Part shown: positions 13,748 through 26,635 of the stretch, one piece after another
Layout of the letters: each line of letters starts with the position of its first letter
Numbering within the stretch: the first letter of the stretch is position 1
NCBI RefSeq assembly: GCF_001194135.2
Contig: NC_068982.1
Location: forward strand, 38,033,933 to 38,097,932
Direction: 5' to 3'
Origin: Octopus bimaculoides
Taxonomy: Eukaryota
Length of the DNA stretch: 64,000 nucleotides
Position numbers and translations under genes: made by a program
The notes under the pieces: generated by a model
Told to the model about the DNA's origin: nothing
The model's input: only the letters and a program-made list of their open reading frames with translations
Database searches by the model: none

Positions 13748-14173
13748 TATATGAAATTTCTTTAGATTCCTATGGCTGGAGCATCAGAGATTCAGAGAAT
13801 GCAAATAAATGAATAAATAAATAAATAATTGAAAAATAACTTTTNNNNNNNNNNNNNNNNNNNNNNNNNNNNNNNNNNNNNNNNNNNNNNNNNNNNNNNN
13901 NNNNNNNNNNNNNNNNNNNNNNNNNNNNNNNNNNNNNNNNNNNNNNNNNTTTGTTTGCATTTGATATGTATAACTATATTTTATTTACATTTTTTAATTA
14001 CATTTTCAGCTTTAACAAATTGAAGCTGAAAGGAAAACGTTTTAAATTTTCAGGAAGTAAAACAAATAATGTTTTCAAATATATAAAAAAAATATAATTT
14101 ATATGCTTCAAATGTAAATGAAATATATTAATATGAAAAAAAAAATTACTGCAGCTGTAAATCCCCTAACTCT

Positions 14174-14205
<32 letters not shown>

Positions 14206-14619
14206 GTGAAATCATGATCATTGATGTCGTCATTATCATCATCATCATCATCATTTAACATCCCATGCGGGCATGGGTTGGATGGTTCAGCATAAACTGA
14301 CAAGTCAGAGTGCTATGCTTAGCTCCAATATTTGCTTTGGTAAGATTTCTACAGCTGGATGCTGTTCCTAATGCTAACCACTTCACAAAATGTACAACAC
14401 TTCACTGAGTTTTTAAACATTTTGAAGACGTTTAATTTATTTTTCTTAATTCAAAAAGTGAATAAGAGTTGGGAATTTTACTGTTATTACAAGGCAGGTA
14501 AAGGTGGTGATTTGGTAGAATTGTTAGCGTGCCAGGCAAAATTCTTAACAGTATTTCATCCATCTTTAAGTTCTAAATTCAAATTCTGCTGAGGTCGGTT
14601 TTGTCTTTCATCCTTTCAG

Positions 14620-14980
14620 GCTCAATATCTGTATCATGGCATATTGCTAAAGGTCTCAGTCATTTGTCATTGCCTCTGTGAAGCCCAACACTTGAAAGAT
14701 GCTTCTACGTGCCACTGGCACAGGTGCTAGTTATGTGACACTGGCATTGGCCACATTTCCAACACTTGAAAGGTGCTTTTTATGGGCCACCAGCATGGTT
14801 GCTAGTTATGTGACATCAGCATTGGCCACATTGCCTCCGTGAGACCCAACACTCAAAAGGTGCTTTTTATGTCACCTGCACGGGTGCCAGTTACATGACA
14901 CTAGCATCGTCCATAACTATGATTTCCCTTGGCTTGACAGGTCTTCTCAAGCATGGCATGTTGCTTGAGGTCAGGAGTCA
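14620..14980 (-). mobile_element. RTE 3' region with three tandem internal units of about 85 bp
   Basis: Repeated ccaacacttgaaaggtgc...gtgacactggcattggccacatt units; flanked by the ORF2-end motif gacaggtcttctcaagca. Confidence 0.7.
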
Positions 14981-15058
14981 CAAACCTTTTTGAGAGCACT
15001 TGCCGAAATTGCCAATAACATTCTGGAAAAGTATTTTTCATGCACTTGAGATTTTTTT

Positions 15059-15059
15059 T

Positions 15060-15106
<47 letters not shown>

Positions 15107-15135
15107 CATCATCCTCATCATCATCATCATCATTA
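15059..15135. repeat. (CAT)n microsatellite
   Basis: Directly visible; explains the poly-D and poly-I ORFs. Confidence 0.95.
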
Positions 15136-15394
15136 CTGTGTTTTACAAAATACAAATAAAATATTCATTTGCAGCAATATGCGGTAGTAATGAAAACATA
15201 TACTTTTTTTATTATTTATAATTAACAGAAGTTACAGAGTAACTCAAGGGGCCAGAGTTTTATGCATTGTCTCTTATCAAACCAAGAACATTACACACAC
15301 ACACTCATGCATGTACGTGTGTGTGTGTGTGTGTGTGCACATTTATATAAATATATATGTATATACTATATGTATGTATAGATCATGCATATAT

Positions 15395-15437
<43 letters not shown>

Positions 15438-15899
15438 TGTGCCTGTGTGTATATAAATATAATAGGCAAGAGGGCAGTGTAGTATATGTGTGTTAGCAAC
15501 ATCTCTTCATGTGCCACTTTCAAAATCAATACCTCTGATAAAATATCAATAGATCACACACCATAGTAATACTATGCTCTGTGTATTATAGTAAAATAAC
15601 ATAGTTCAACATCATTTACATTAGTGATATAAACAAAGAGCAAGTGGTACCACCAATGTCATTCTTTACATTATCAACACTCAGGTTAGGCTGTCATCCT
15701 CTAAATGAGTTACTATATGCGGAACAAGCTAACAAGACAATTTACTAAACCTCCAAAAACTTCATGCCCTTGTTTGCATCAACTCATTATCTAATTGTTA
15801 CCACATGCCAACCTGGCATCATTGTAAGTGTAACTAAGCATGTTCTCCAGTTGTAGCTGTTCAACACACATGATATTCACATGATATTCAGTTGCTAAA

Positions 15900-17220
15900 T
15901 ATTATATCTGAAAATATTTTATCCCTATGGCAAAAACAATGAAATATGACACTTGTTTCAAGCTGAAAGTTGTTGTGCCTGAAATCCCCTCAAATTACAG
16001 TAAATCACACATCAGCTTTCCATTTATGCCACATTCCTCACTGAGCACTGTTGTTTGAGGAGGTTTCAAACACAGGTAGTGAGGAAGTATGGAAATATGA
16101 AGCCTCTCTGAAGATGTCTAAGAAGGAAAATACTGCATGAACTGGTATCTGCCATTGGTTTGAATTAAGAAGTTACTTTCAAGGCCGAGTTAATGAAAAC
16201 TATAAAGATGGCCCAAGTTAACATAACTTGCTCATGGATCCAAGAACTTAAGTGGGCAAAAACATGTCCTGGTGAAAGTAAAGATTTAAGGCAACTGCAA
16301 GCTGGCATTTCTTGCTTTATGAAGAGGAAAGATTTGGTGTTTGAACAGAAGACTAAAATTGCCCAGAAACTCCCAAAAGATCTTGAAGAAAAAATTACAA
16401 ATTGCTATACACATGTCATTTTACTGAAGAAGCAACATGACTACTTGTAGTGTCAGGTTGGTAACATGGATGAAAAGCCTTGTTTTTTTCAATATACTCT
16501 TGAATCAAAAGTACAAATACAAAAAAAGCATCATCTGATAAGCAGTGTAAGTCAAGAAAAGACTAAATTCACTATTGTATTAAACTGTCTTGCAGAAGGA
16601 ACTAAATTAAAGCCAAAGGTTATATTCAAATGAAAACAATGCCAACTATAAAGTTCTTGCCAAGTTTTTTTTTGTCTACATTCATAAAAATGGTTGGATG
16701 AATGATGCTGGAGTGCATTTATGGATTGACAATGTGTGGAATTGGTGGCCAGGTGGCTTATGAAAGGAAAGGAGTTAGTGTGGGACATGTTCAGGTCTCA
16801 CTTGACAGTTAATGTAACAATTAATGTAACAATTAATGAAACAATTTTATATTTGCATAATTTCAAGGGGATTAATCAACCTCTTGATGCCCTCTTGAAC
16901 CTTTTAAACACAATATTTGTTTGGAGTGGAATAAATAGATAGTGACTGAAGGAAAAAACATTCATGAAGGATGTGTTGTGCAATTTTGTGATGAAGTTTG
17001 GGGAAGGTGCACATGAAGAAACTGTAGTAAAATCTTTTAGAAGAGTGTGTTATTTCATATCCAATCAATGGGGAAGAAGATAATTTATGGAAAGAAAATG
17101 GCAAGCAGGACAGTGACCGATCCAAATATATCATTTGAACTTCCAGTGATTTATATCTACATGCTGACTTTACATCAGATGATGGACAGTATTTGAAGAA
17201 AGAATTTGAAGAATTCTAAA
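15900..17220 (+). mobile_element. Degenerate pogo-family (POGK/Passer-like) transposase relic
   Basis: Pieced frames: MAKTMKYDTCFKLKVV, FMKRKDLVFEQKTKIAQKLPKDLEEKI, QVGNMDEKP, FTIVLNCLAEGTKLKPKVIFK, ELVWDMFRSHLT. Many stops and frameshifts; TIRs not identified. Confidence 0.78.
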
Positions 17221-17975
17221 ATGTGATCATACATGCTTTTATTGTCAATAAAATAATTATTTTTAAGCATAATTAACCATGGAATTTAAATTTATAAAGT
17301 ATGTATCAGTCAATGTTTTTAAATTACAGTGCAGTATGTTAGAGTTATGGTTTTAATCATCAATAAAATAACTTTCGAATAACCTTTATTTTAAATGTTG
17401 TATAGTAATAATGCCAATGTGTGTATATTCAATAAACTGCTATTATGTATCATTAAACTGTCATTACCGACCGTAGTGCATTGTGTATGTATCAGTAATT
17501 TTTTCTGTGAATTCACAAGTACATCAGCCACATATAAAACATGCAAATCTTGCACATTAGCTAAATGTTATGGTAAATATGGGTATTATTGTCTGTTACT
17601 CCCATTAACCATAAATGTCTATATTCATGTGAATGTACAATCTTCTGTGCTATCATGAAGTTATACAGATGACATACATATCGTAGTTGTCTGACTGGCC
17701 GCCTGGGTTTGGTGTGTTGTTCCTGTTAGCATTTACACTCAGTGTATCAGCTGTTTGAAACAGCCTGTGCTGTAGCAGTAATATAATGCTGAATTTATAC
17801 TTACATAACTGTGGTTAAGAAGCTTCCCAACAATATTTTTTGTTTCAGTCCCATTGCATGGTTCCTTGGGCAAATGTCTTCTACAGTGGCCTTGGGCTAA
17901 TCAAAGCCTTGTGAGTGAATTTTGTAGATGGAAATTGAAAGAAACCTGTGGCATATATCATGTGTATATGTGTAT

Positions 17976-18049
<74 letters not shown>

Positions 18050-18520
18050 GTATATGCTTATCTCTCATTGACTTGGCATGAAGTAATTATTATAAATGAA
18101 CATCATTCATTTCCAATATTCTGCAAAAACATTTCTGGCCATGGGAAAATATTATCTTGTTTGGAAACAGATAATGGTTGGTGATGGGAAAGGCATCTGG
18201 CTGTAAAAATTCTCAATAAATTCTGTCCAACCCATGCAAGTATGAAAAAATGGACATTAAGAAAATGATGACGATGATCTCAGTGTTAATATGTTAAGTG
18301 TGTTCACCAAACATGAGTTTTAGTTGGAAATACTTGTGGCAACCTGTCTGAGTTATGGTAAGTGGTGTACAGTGATTATTAACTGCTCCACTGGTTGACC
18401 TCTCTCTGGTAAAGGTTTGCATTTTATCCTAGCTATATTAGTCAAATCCTAGTTTTGGGGTTTTATCAGATTTAAAAAAGTCGACTTGTACACTGCAATT
18501 TACTGTACACTAATTTAACT

Positions 18521-18655
18521 AGCAGGCATGGCCCTGTGCTTAAGAAGCTTGCTTTGCAGCCATGTGGTTTTTGGTTCAGTCCCACTGTATGGTACTCTTC
18601 TATTATAGCCCTGATCCAACCAATGCCTTGTCAGTGAATTTAGTAGATAGAAACT
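18521..18655 (+). mobile_element. tRNA-headed SINE family A, 5' part
   Basis: Box A/B-like motifs (ggccctgtgcttaag, ggttcagtccc) and body matching the other family A copies. Confidence 0.75.
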
Positions 18656-18656
18656 A

Positions 18657-18883
18657 TTCTTTTACTTGTTTCAGTCATTTGACTGTGGTCATGCTGGTGC
18701 ACCACCCTAAAGGGTTTTAGTTGAAGAAATCAACCCCAGGAATTATTCTTTATAAGCCTAGTACTTATTCTGTCAGTCTCTTTTGCTGAACTGTTAAGTT
18801 ACAGGGACGTAAACACACCAACATCAAGTGATGGTGGGGGACAAACAAAGACACAAAGACACACACACATAAATATATATACA

Positions 18884-18922
<39 letters not shown>

Positions 18923-19108
18923 ACACACACACACACACACATATATGACAGGCTTCTTTCAGTTTCCATCAACCAAATCCACTCACTAAACTTTGATTGG
19001 CCAAAGGCTATAGTAGAAGATACTTGCCCAAGGTGCCACACGGTAAGACTGAACCTGGGACCATGTAGCTGGGAAGCAAGCTTCTTACCACACAGCCATG
19101 TCTGCGCC
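18657..19108 (-). mobile_element. tRNA-headed SINE family A, full copy
   Basis: Colinear with the 36771-37196 copy, with an internal (CA)n tract. Confidence 0.85.
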
Positions 19109-19603
19109 TACGTGGAAGCCTGTTATATGTGTGCATGTGTGTGTGTTTGTGTGTGTTGTGTGCATGGTTTGTGTTTGTCTCCAACTTACAACTTTACAAC
19201 TGGTGTTGGTTTGTTCATATCTCTGTAACATAGCGATTTGATAAACAAGACTGATAGAATAAGTATTGAAGTTAAGAATAAGTACAGGAGTACACAGCCA
19301 CTTGCATGTTAATGTCATGAGCAGGCTCTTCTGTTGGTTGGATCTACTGGAACCCTTGTCATGTGCCGACAGAATGCCACTAGTTTACTACAATCAGTGG
19401 ATTATTTTTAAAACAACATGTTGATTCACTCTATAAATTTGAGACAAAATTAACTAGAATGTGCAGAGGTTTAATTTAATTAGAAACATATTGCTTGTTG
19501 ACTTCCATATTTGTTTTTCTCTATTTAATGAATTTTACATGACTTTATATGCTATTTTTAAAAAATATATGTATATAAAAAAAAATCCTGTTTCTCTTTT
19601 CAG

Positions 19604-19685
19604 AAATAACAATGGCACTACTGACACTACACATAATCTTCGGCGGTTAGATGACCTCTTTAAGAAAATGATTTATTGGGATCAG
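19604..19685 (+). CDS. AXDND1: AXDND1-like internal coding exon (NNNGTTDTTHNLRRLDDLFKKMIYWDQ)
   Basis: Acceptor tttctcttttcag; phase 2 to 0, compatible with both neighbours; donor gtttac is weak. Confidence 0.72.
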
Positions 19686-21586
19686 GTTTACTATTTATTT
19701 TAATTTTCAGTTTATATATTTAAGGTTAAGTAAGGTTTATTTTCTTTTAACATTTCATTCACAAAGCTTTTGATGCTTCAGAAAACTTTGTCATTGAATT
19801 TTTGAGCATGAGTTGCCTGTTGCTTGAATCTCATGACATTGACCGTGCAAGTGAAAGTAGAGTTGATCATTTTCTTTTCTTTTCTTTTTTTTTTTTTGCC
19901 AAGGGTAACATCGTTTGTCTGTTTTGCACACTGGCATAGGATGGGTGGTTTGTCAGGATCTGGTGAGCGACAGGGCTTTATTGTGCTCAATGTTAGCTTT
20001 TCCATGGTTACTATGGCTGGATGCCCTTCCTAATGTCAACCACTTCACTGTGTGTATTGGATGCTTTTTTTCATGCTGCTGGCTCTAGTGAGGATGTCAA
20101 GTAACCTGCAAGACAGAAAAAGAACAAGAAAAAGAAAAAGCTTCCCCAACTAAGTCAAGTGGGGGTATTTGTGAGTGGGTAGAGGTGGCTTTATGCTAGG
20201 TGATGGGAGGATAAGTATGGGTATCTTGCTATAGAAAAGGTACATGGCTTCCCTGTATTATATAAAGGCAGTTGGGAGTTACTAGGAAGATAATGATAAT
20301 GGTGACAAGGTGTCAGAGCAAACCCTCAAGGATTAAGAGAGAATACAGACAGTGGATCTAGTAGAAAAAGATGGAGGTGAGGGTTATATGAGCATAAAAG
20401 GAGAGTAACTGATGGTAAGAGAGGTGAATGTATTGAAAAGATTTAGTGCAAGATTCAGAGATACCACCTATGAGCTTGTAGCTTCAGTACTTAGTTACAG
20501 CATCATAATTCTTTAAATACCATAAGTGTTTGATAAACTCAAGAGAATGTCATTAATAGTTCTGTATGTGAGACAGGAAAAACATAAAGGAGTCAGTCAT
20601 TGATGTAGTTAAAGATTTTGTCCTTATTTTAATGATATAATGCTGCATCTAATAGAAATTCTTAGGGACAATAAAATGCTGATTTCTATGTTATATGATT
20701 GTTTACAAAATTATAAACAACCAGAAAATAAGAAAATGATAAGTTTTGATATTCTAACCATTCCTTAATGTTGTGATAGTATAAGTATAATAAAAGAAAT
20801 CCATTCTGAGATTATAGTTTTAGACTGGCAACAATATCAAATTAAAATTTCATTTCTTTTGAGAAGACTTCAACCAATTTTTTAAGGAAGGACAGTTGAT
20901 TTCATTGGTCTCATTACATTATTGGATCTTACCAGCATTGTTAGTTTGAAAGGTTCAATTGAAAATCAATATAATATCATAAAAACTAATATCATAAAGC
21001 ATTTATGCTGCTGTTCTGTTCTTCCTGAAACTTGCTTCCTTTATTTTGTTTAATATTAGCCAGCAGTTTTGGGGGAAGGGATAAATCAATTATATTGACC
21101 CCAGTGCTCAACTGGTACTTATTTTATCAACCCTGAAAGGAGGAAAGGCAAAGTTGACCTCATCAGAATTTGAACTCAGACCATAAACATGGACGAAAAG
21201 TATGCTAACAAATGACAAGCAGAAATAGAACTATCTCATTTTTGGACTAGACAGAAGAGGAGGGGAACACACTCAATCTTTGCTGGTTTGCATATAGAAG
21301 TAAAGTCTGTGTAGTTGATGTTCTGCTTGAACATCTTTAGGTTGAAACGTATAAGGAAAATATTGTCTCTGCTTCAGTATCTAGATAGTTTATTGCCTAA
21401 TAAAAAGGACATTCTGATTTGTCACATACTTTTTATAATGGATATGAACATGTTTATTTGTTTTAACTTGTTAAATAGACATTGTATTTTTGTGAGGAAT
21501 AGCCATCTCTTGCATTAAATTCTAGAATATTCACAAATTTTATCAATGTTCTTAGTTTTTAATCATTTTAAACTATATTGGTACAG

Positions 21587-21769
21587 ATACTGATGGAGGA
21601 AAATGTGAATTATTTTGGAGAACTGCCATTGACAAGAATGGAAAAACTGGGAGTGCTTATCAAATTGCAAGCAGAATGGCAGGGTTTATGCTTTAAGTTG
21701 CTAGTGAGACATCAACCTTCACAAACACAGAAGACAAAAATGGATGCAGCCTTTGAAAAAATAACTTAT
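21587..21769 (+). CDS. AXDND1: AXDND1-like internal coding exon (ILMEENVNYFGELPLTRMEKLGVLIKLQAEWQGLCFKLLVRHQP...KITY)
   Basis: Acceptor ggtacag, donor gtgaat; 183 nt, phase 0-0. Resembles recalled ILNEEKE.FTGDVLL...LQENW. Confidence 0.78.
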
Positions 21770-22649
21770 GTGAATATAAAATAAATTTTATAATTGTAGA
21801 TTCCTGTGTAACTCTCTGTTGCAAATTAATAGGTTTTGATTATATAGAGCTAAGTGAAGATGATACTGAGATGAGCAATTGTTTAGAGTACTTATCAAAA
21901 ACAAACAACATTAAATTTATACTTCAAGCTGGTTTCTTATTACATTCTTTACTAATTTAAATTATAAAATCAGTTCCTTTGTGAGAAGGGAAAGATTACA
22001 TATTTATTTTATATTTCCAAATAGAAAGCTCATAATATTTTATTTCAAAGATTTCTTCTATTTTACTTAACCTCTAATAGTATACCCAAACTCCAGACTG
22101 CTGTCATATGATGCTCTGGACCACCTATAAGAAAAACAACTTACCATCATCGGCAGGAAGGAAATTGTATGCAAACATAACTCATACAAGGGGATCACCT
22201 ACAAGGAAAAATTACTGTTTGCAACACTTAGACGTTTGAACATATGAACCTCCTAAACTAATTTTTTAGTCTATTGCTTTTACACACTTTGACAGTGTTA
22301 TTCATTTTCCAGAGTTGTTTTTTAGAGCAATCTCTGTATCAACATTGTTTACTAGATGGAAACTAGTCACATTTGTATTTTTAGACAAGTTTATTTAACC
22401 CTGTTTCAATTGAATTAGTTAAATAATGGGCAACACCTCTTTTTTGACTGATTTTCTTCCCTGTTAAAACACATTTTCAAAATGTCAAATAAAGTGTTAG
22501 AATGATTCATCAATGCTAAAGAAGAAACAAAAATCAATGTAAAATTTTTGATGTATATGCATATGCATTTGCGTGCATATTTACATATTCAAAAACATCC
22601 ATTTCTTGCAAATATTTTTGAATCATTTTGCTTTTATATTGTTATATAG

Positions 22650-22701
22650 CTGATGAAGGAGATGAAGGTTCAGAATGAAGTTCTCATAACTGGAGAAAAT
22701 G
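22650..22701 (+). CDS. AXDND1: AXDND1-like small coding exon (LMKEMKVQNEVLITGEN)
   Basis: Acceptor gttatatag, donor gtaata; 52 nt, phase 0 to 1. Resembles recalled YEIRINGDNG; bridges the phases of its neighbours exactly. Confidence 0.8.
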
Positions 22702-22805
22702 GTAATACTTTTTAAGTATAATCCTCTTAAGAACATTATTATAATTATAAACTATCACATTATTACACAGATTACACTAAAATAAAAAAAATTCAAATTT
22801 AAGAT

Positions 22806-22806
22806 G

Positions 22807-22859
<53 letters not shown>

Positions 22860-22860
22860 C
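22806..22860. repeat. (TAC)n microsatellite
   Basis: Directly visible, in the 293-nt intron between exons 22650-22701 and 22995-23211. Confidence 0.95.
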
Positions 22861-22994
22861 TCTATTAATTGAAATATAGTTTCTTGTTTTTAGAAGTGCT
22901 TGTTTATACTTTTTCATTGCAGTTATAAACTTGCATTCTTTCTTTATAGTTTATTATGAAATAATTACACAATTTTACGATTACTTTTATATAG

Positions 22995-23211
22995 GAACTG
23001 CTAAAGGTATCAGTCGGTTGTCTGAGAAATTGAATGGATGGATTAAAAAACTAAATAACTCTGTCAAAGACCCAAAATTATTTGATCCTCAAGAAGATGA
23101 TAATTTATTGGAAATTTTATCAGAAATTAATGATGCAGCAAATAACATAGTGAATAGCTTTGGAATGGTTGAAACACGTCATGAACGAATATATCTTGAA
23201 CCAAAACGTCG
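22995..23211 (+). CDS. AXDND1: AXDND1-like internal coding exon (GTAKGISRLSEKLNGWIKKLNNSVKDPKLF...IYLEPKR)
   Basis: Acceptor cttttatatag, donor gtgaga; 217 nt, phase 1 to 2; open frame. Confidence 0.8.
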
Positions 23212-23953
23212 GTGAGATATTTATATTTACAAGGGACACTTTTTAGATAATGTAGGCGTAATTATCAAAAGAGATGTTGGTTATAACAAGTATAGCACAT
23301 GTTTGACATTGATGATCATTATTTTGATGGGTGTCTCTGAAACTTGTAATGAATGCTTCGTGATTTCTAACAAGTGTTTAAGAGCTAAAGCTTAAATCAA
23401 GTTTTGATGAAATGAGAGACAAAACTTCCCTTTTATAGGATGCTGATACATTGCAAGTGAGATTCCCTCATAATATAATACATTTGCCATTAATTAGGTG
23501 TCCTGAGGCAATGTAGAATAAAGTTTTCTGTCTAGAAATAGCTGCAAATTTGAAACCAGGAATTATAAACAGGTGGTTATATCAGGTCAGATATGAGGGC
23601 ATGTGCTGTTTGCAGTGTGTTACTGCATTCACCATTTGCTGATATTTGCTTGTGTCATTCCAGGCAATCCTTTGAACAGTGTCTCAGTCAGCCACCCATC
23701 TCTGTGAGATACTTCCTCACCTACAATAATGAAATTATTAATATAATTTTACTTATGCCATTGGTCTCTTTATCTTATTCTTTTTTATATATACACACGC
23801 TAATACACGACCCATGTTATATTCCCCACTCATGTTGCAACCACGTCAGGGGCAAAACTAATCGGTATACAGCACTTACTCGGTATTACCTGTATCTTTA
23901 GGGTTTGGTTGACTCCAATACCCTTCATAACCTTTATATGTATNNNNNNNNNN

Positions 23954-24185
23954 GAACCTTATCAAAACTACATATTTGATAAAATGAAATTAAATGAAGA
24001 GTTCATAATTGTTCCTTACTGGTGTCAATAGTCCACGTGGGGGCATTTTTTGTTGGTTGTAGTAGTAGTAGTGTCCCTGTTGGCAATGGTAAATGCCCCC
24101 ACGTGGACTATTGACACCAGTAAGGAACAATTATGAACTCTTCATTTAATTTAATTTTATCAAATATGTAGTTTTGATAAGGTTC
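23954..24185. repeat. Near-perfect inverted repeat: arms of about 94 bp, one mismatch, 43-nt loop
   Basis: 23954-24047 is the reverse complement of 24091-24185 except for one G/T; abuts a 10-N gap. Confidence 0.9.
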
Positions 24186-24299
24186 GTTTTTACAAGAACT
24201 GAAACATGTTAAATTAAAATTCATTTTTTATATATTGGTGTTTTCAAACTTCTTTTTTATAAATATATACCCACTCGTATGCCACTTACACTTGTTTAT

Positions 24300-24336
<37 letters not shown>

Positions 24337-24577
24337 CACACAAACACATATACATACATGGACTTACATGAACACCTTACTATTACCTGCTTAATTTTCT
24401 TTGTCATTTGTACTCTGTGTAGGTTTGATCTATTATTGTATAAAAATCTATATATTTATACTTAAATATGCATAATCTGGAAATCTTCAGTCTGCTTTCT
24501 TTCTGTTTGCTTGTATACATACATACATACATACATACATACATACATACATACATACATACATGCATGCATGCATG

Positions 24578-24608
<31 letters not shown>

Positions 24609-25077
24609 TGTATATCAAACCCAAGCTGTTATATTTAATTTGTTTATTTGCATAATTGTCTACATATACATACATGTGTGTGTGTGTGTGTGTGTGCGCA
24701 TGTGCGCATGTGCGTGTGTGTGGTGTGTGTGTGTGTGGTGTATGGTGTGTGTGTGTGTGTGTGCATGTGTGCGTGTGTGTATGCATGCATGTGTGTGTCT
24801 TTTGTGTTTGCTTTTCCCTCCCCATTTCACTTGACAGCCAATGTTGGTTTGTTTACATCTCCTTAACTTAGCAGTTCAGCAAAAAGAGACCGATAGAATA
24901 CTACCCATTCTTTTTTTAAAAAATGGACTAAGCTTGATTTATTTGACTACACTCTCTAACACTGTGCCCCAGCATGGTCACTGTCCAATGACTGAAGCAA
25001 GCAAAGGATAAAACATGAAGATTTATGATAATATATGCTTAAATATGTTCTAAGAGTATCTTTTCCTTCTCTTTCAG

Positions 25078-25171
25078 GATATCCATATTTAATGTGGTGA
25101 ACTGTGGAAATCACTTGTATAATATTGTTTCAAGTATCATAGACAGCCAGGATGCTAAGCTTGTAGATCAG
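25078..25171 (+). CDS. AXDND1: AXDND1-like internal coding exon (ISIFNVVNCGNHLYNIVSSIIDSQDAKLVDQ)
   Basis: Strong acceptor ttttccttctctttcag, donor gtactt; phase 2 to 0, matching both neighbours. Confidence 0.75.
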
Positions 25172-25979
25172 GTACTTCAAAATCATAATCTTAATTTGTA
25201 TGAGAAAATATCTCAGCATTTCCTTGTGAGTATTCAAGTGCATGTGTGTGTATGTTAGCGTATGTAAGTAAGTGTGTGTATGTGTGTATATTAATGCATG
25301 CATATATGAGTTTATGTGGCATATATATACAGGTAGACTGAACTGTACTTTTAATACCACAGCACTTTGTTAGAGTCAATCTGATATACATACATACTTC
25401 CGAATAAAAAATAAATAAATAAAATAAATACTAAAAATATACAAATATATACAAAAAAAATGAAGAAAATATATACTAACAATAAGATAAATATATATAG
25501 GGGGAAAAAAATGCACATATCAAGCAGAGGTCGGCAATGCCTGTGCAGAGTTTTAGGTCCAATAAGGCTTGCACAACACCTCATAGACCCTCTCCAGAGA
25601 CAAGCCAGAGCAAGATGTCTGGTGCCAATATGAGTTGCAGGCTCAGGTATGTGGGAGCGCTGTGATCTCTAGCACAAACCAAAGATCCCTAAAATGTCCA
25701 ATGTCATTCCCTGCATATCTGGTTTTATATCAGAGTGACCTTCTCCTAGAGACATACTTCAACAAAAGCTGAGGGGTGCCTCACTCCCAGTGGTCTTTCA
25801 GCACGCCAGACACCGTCCCAGAATTTCTGCATACTCATGCTACATACATACATATGTATCTACACACATATTTTTATGCATATATGTGCATGTGTATCTT
25901 GTGTTTGTGTGTGTGTGTGTGTGTGTGTGAATATATAATACACGCACGCACACACACACACACACACACACATATACGC

Positions 25980-26131
25980 GCAGGTGTAGCTATGTGGTAA
26001 GAAGCTTCCTTCCCAACCACATGGCTCTGGGTTCAGACCCACTGCATAGCACCTTAATGTGTCTTCTACTATATCCTCAGGCCAATCAAAGCCTTGTAAG
26101 TGGATTTGGTAGACAGAAACTGAAAGAAGCC

Positions 26132-26173
<42 letters not shown>

Positions 26174-26405
26174 CACCGGAGTAAGCACATAAAATGTGCA
26201 ACAAGGTGGAAAAAAGAGTACTCAAATACCAGAGGTAGAGTAATATGCTTTATTTAAAAGCAGCAGAAATATAACAAAAGTCTGTTACTCTGAGTTTCAC
26301 GTTCCCGTTCATCCGATGAATGGGAACATGAAACTCAGAGTAACAGTCTTTTGTTATATTTCTGCTGCTTTTAGATAAAGCATATTACTCTACCTCTGGT
26401 ATATA

Positions 26406-26450
<45 letters not shown>

Positions 26451-26635
26451 TTATGTGAGTGTGTCTTTGTGTCTATGTTTGTCCCCCACCCCACCAGTGT
26501 TTGACAACTGATGTTGGTGTGTCTATGTTCTCGTAACTTAATGATTTGGCAGAGGGTTTGATAGAATAAGTACCAGGCTTACAAAGAATAAGTCCTGGGG
26601 TTGATTTCTTTGACTAACAGGTGGTGCTCCAAGTA
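25980..26635 (+). mobile_element. SINE family A copy split by a Penelope-type fold-back in its internal (TA)n tract
   Basis: Head at 25980-26140, tail at 26460-26635, insert at 26170-26401. Confidence 0.78.
26227..26401. repeat. Fold-back: 86-bp arms, four mismatches, 3-nt apex; Penelope-terminus-like
   Basis: 26227-26312 versus 26316-26401; each strand carries a hammerhead-like core starting at the apex. Confidence 0.88.

Noticed and set aside
24404-24871. ORFs of repeated HT/CV/IY/SL/YVCM peptides here and throughout the window
   Set aside because: Translations of (CA)n, (TA)n, (CT)n and (CATA)n microsatellites.
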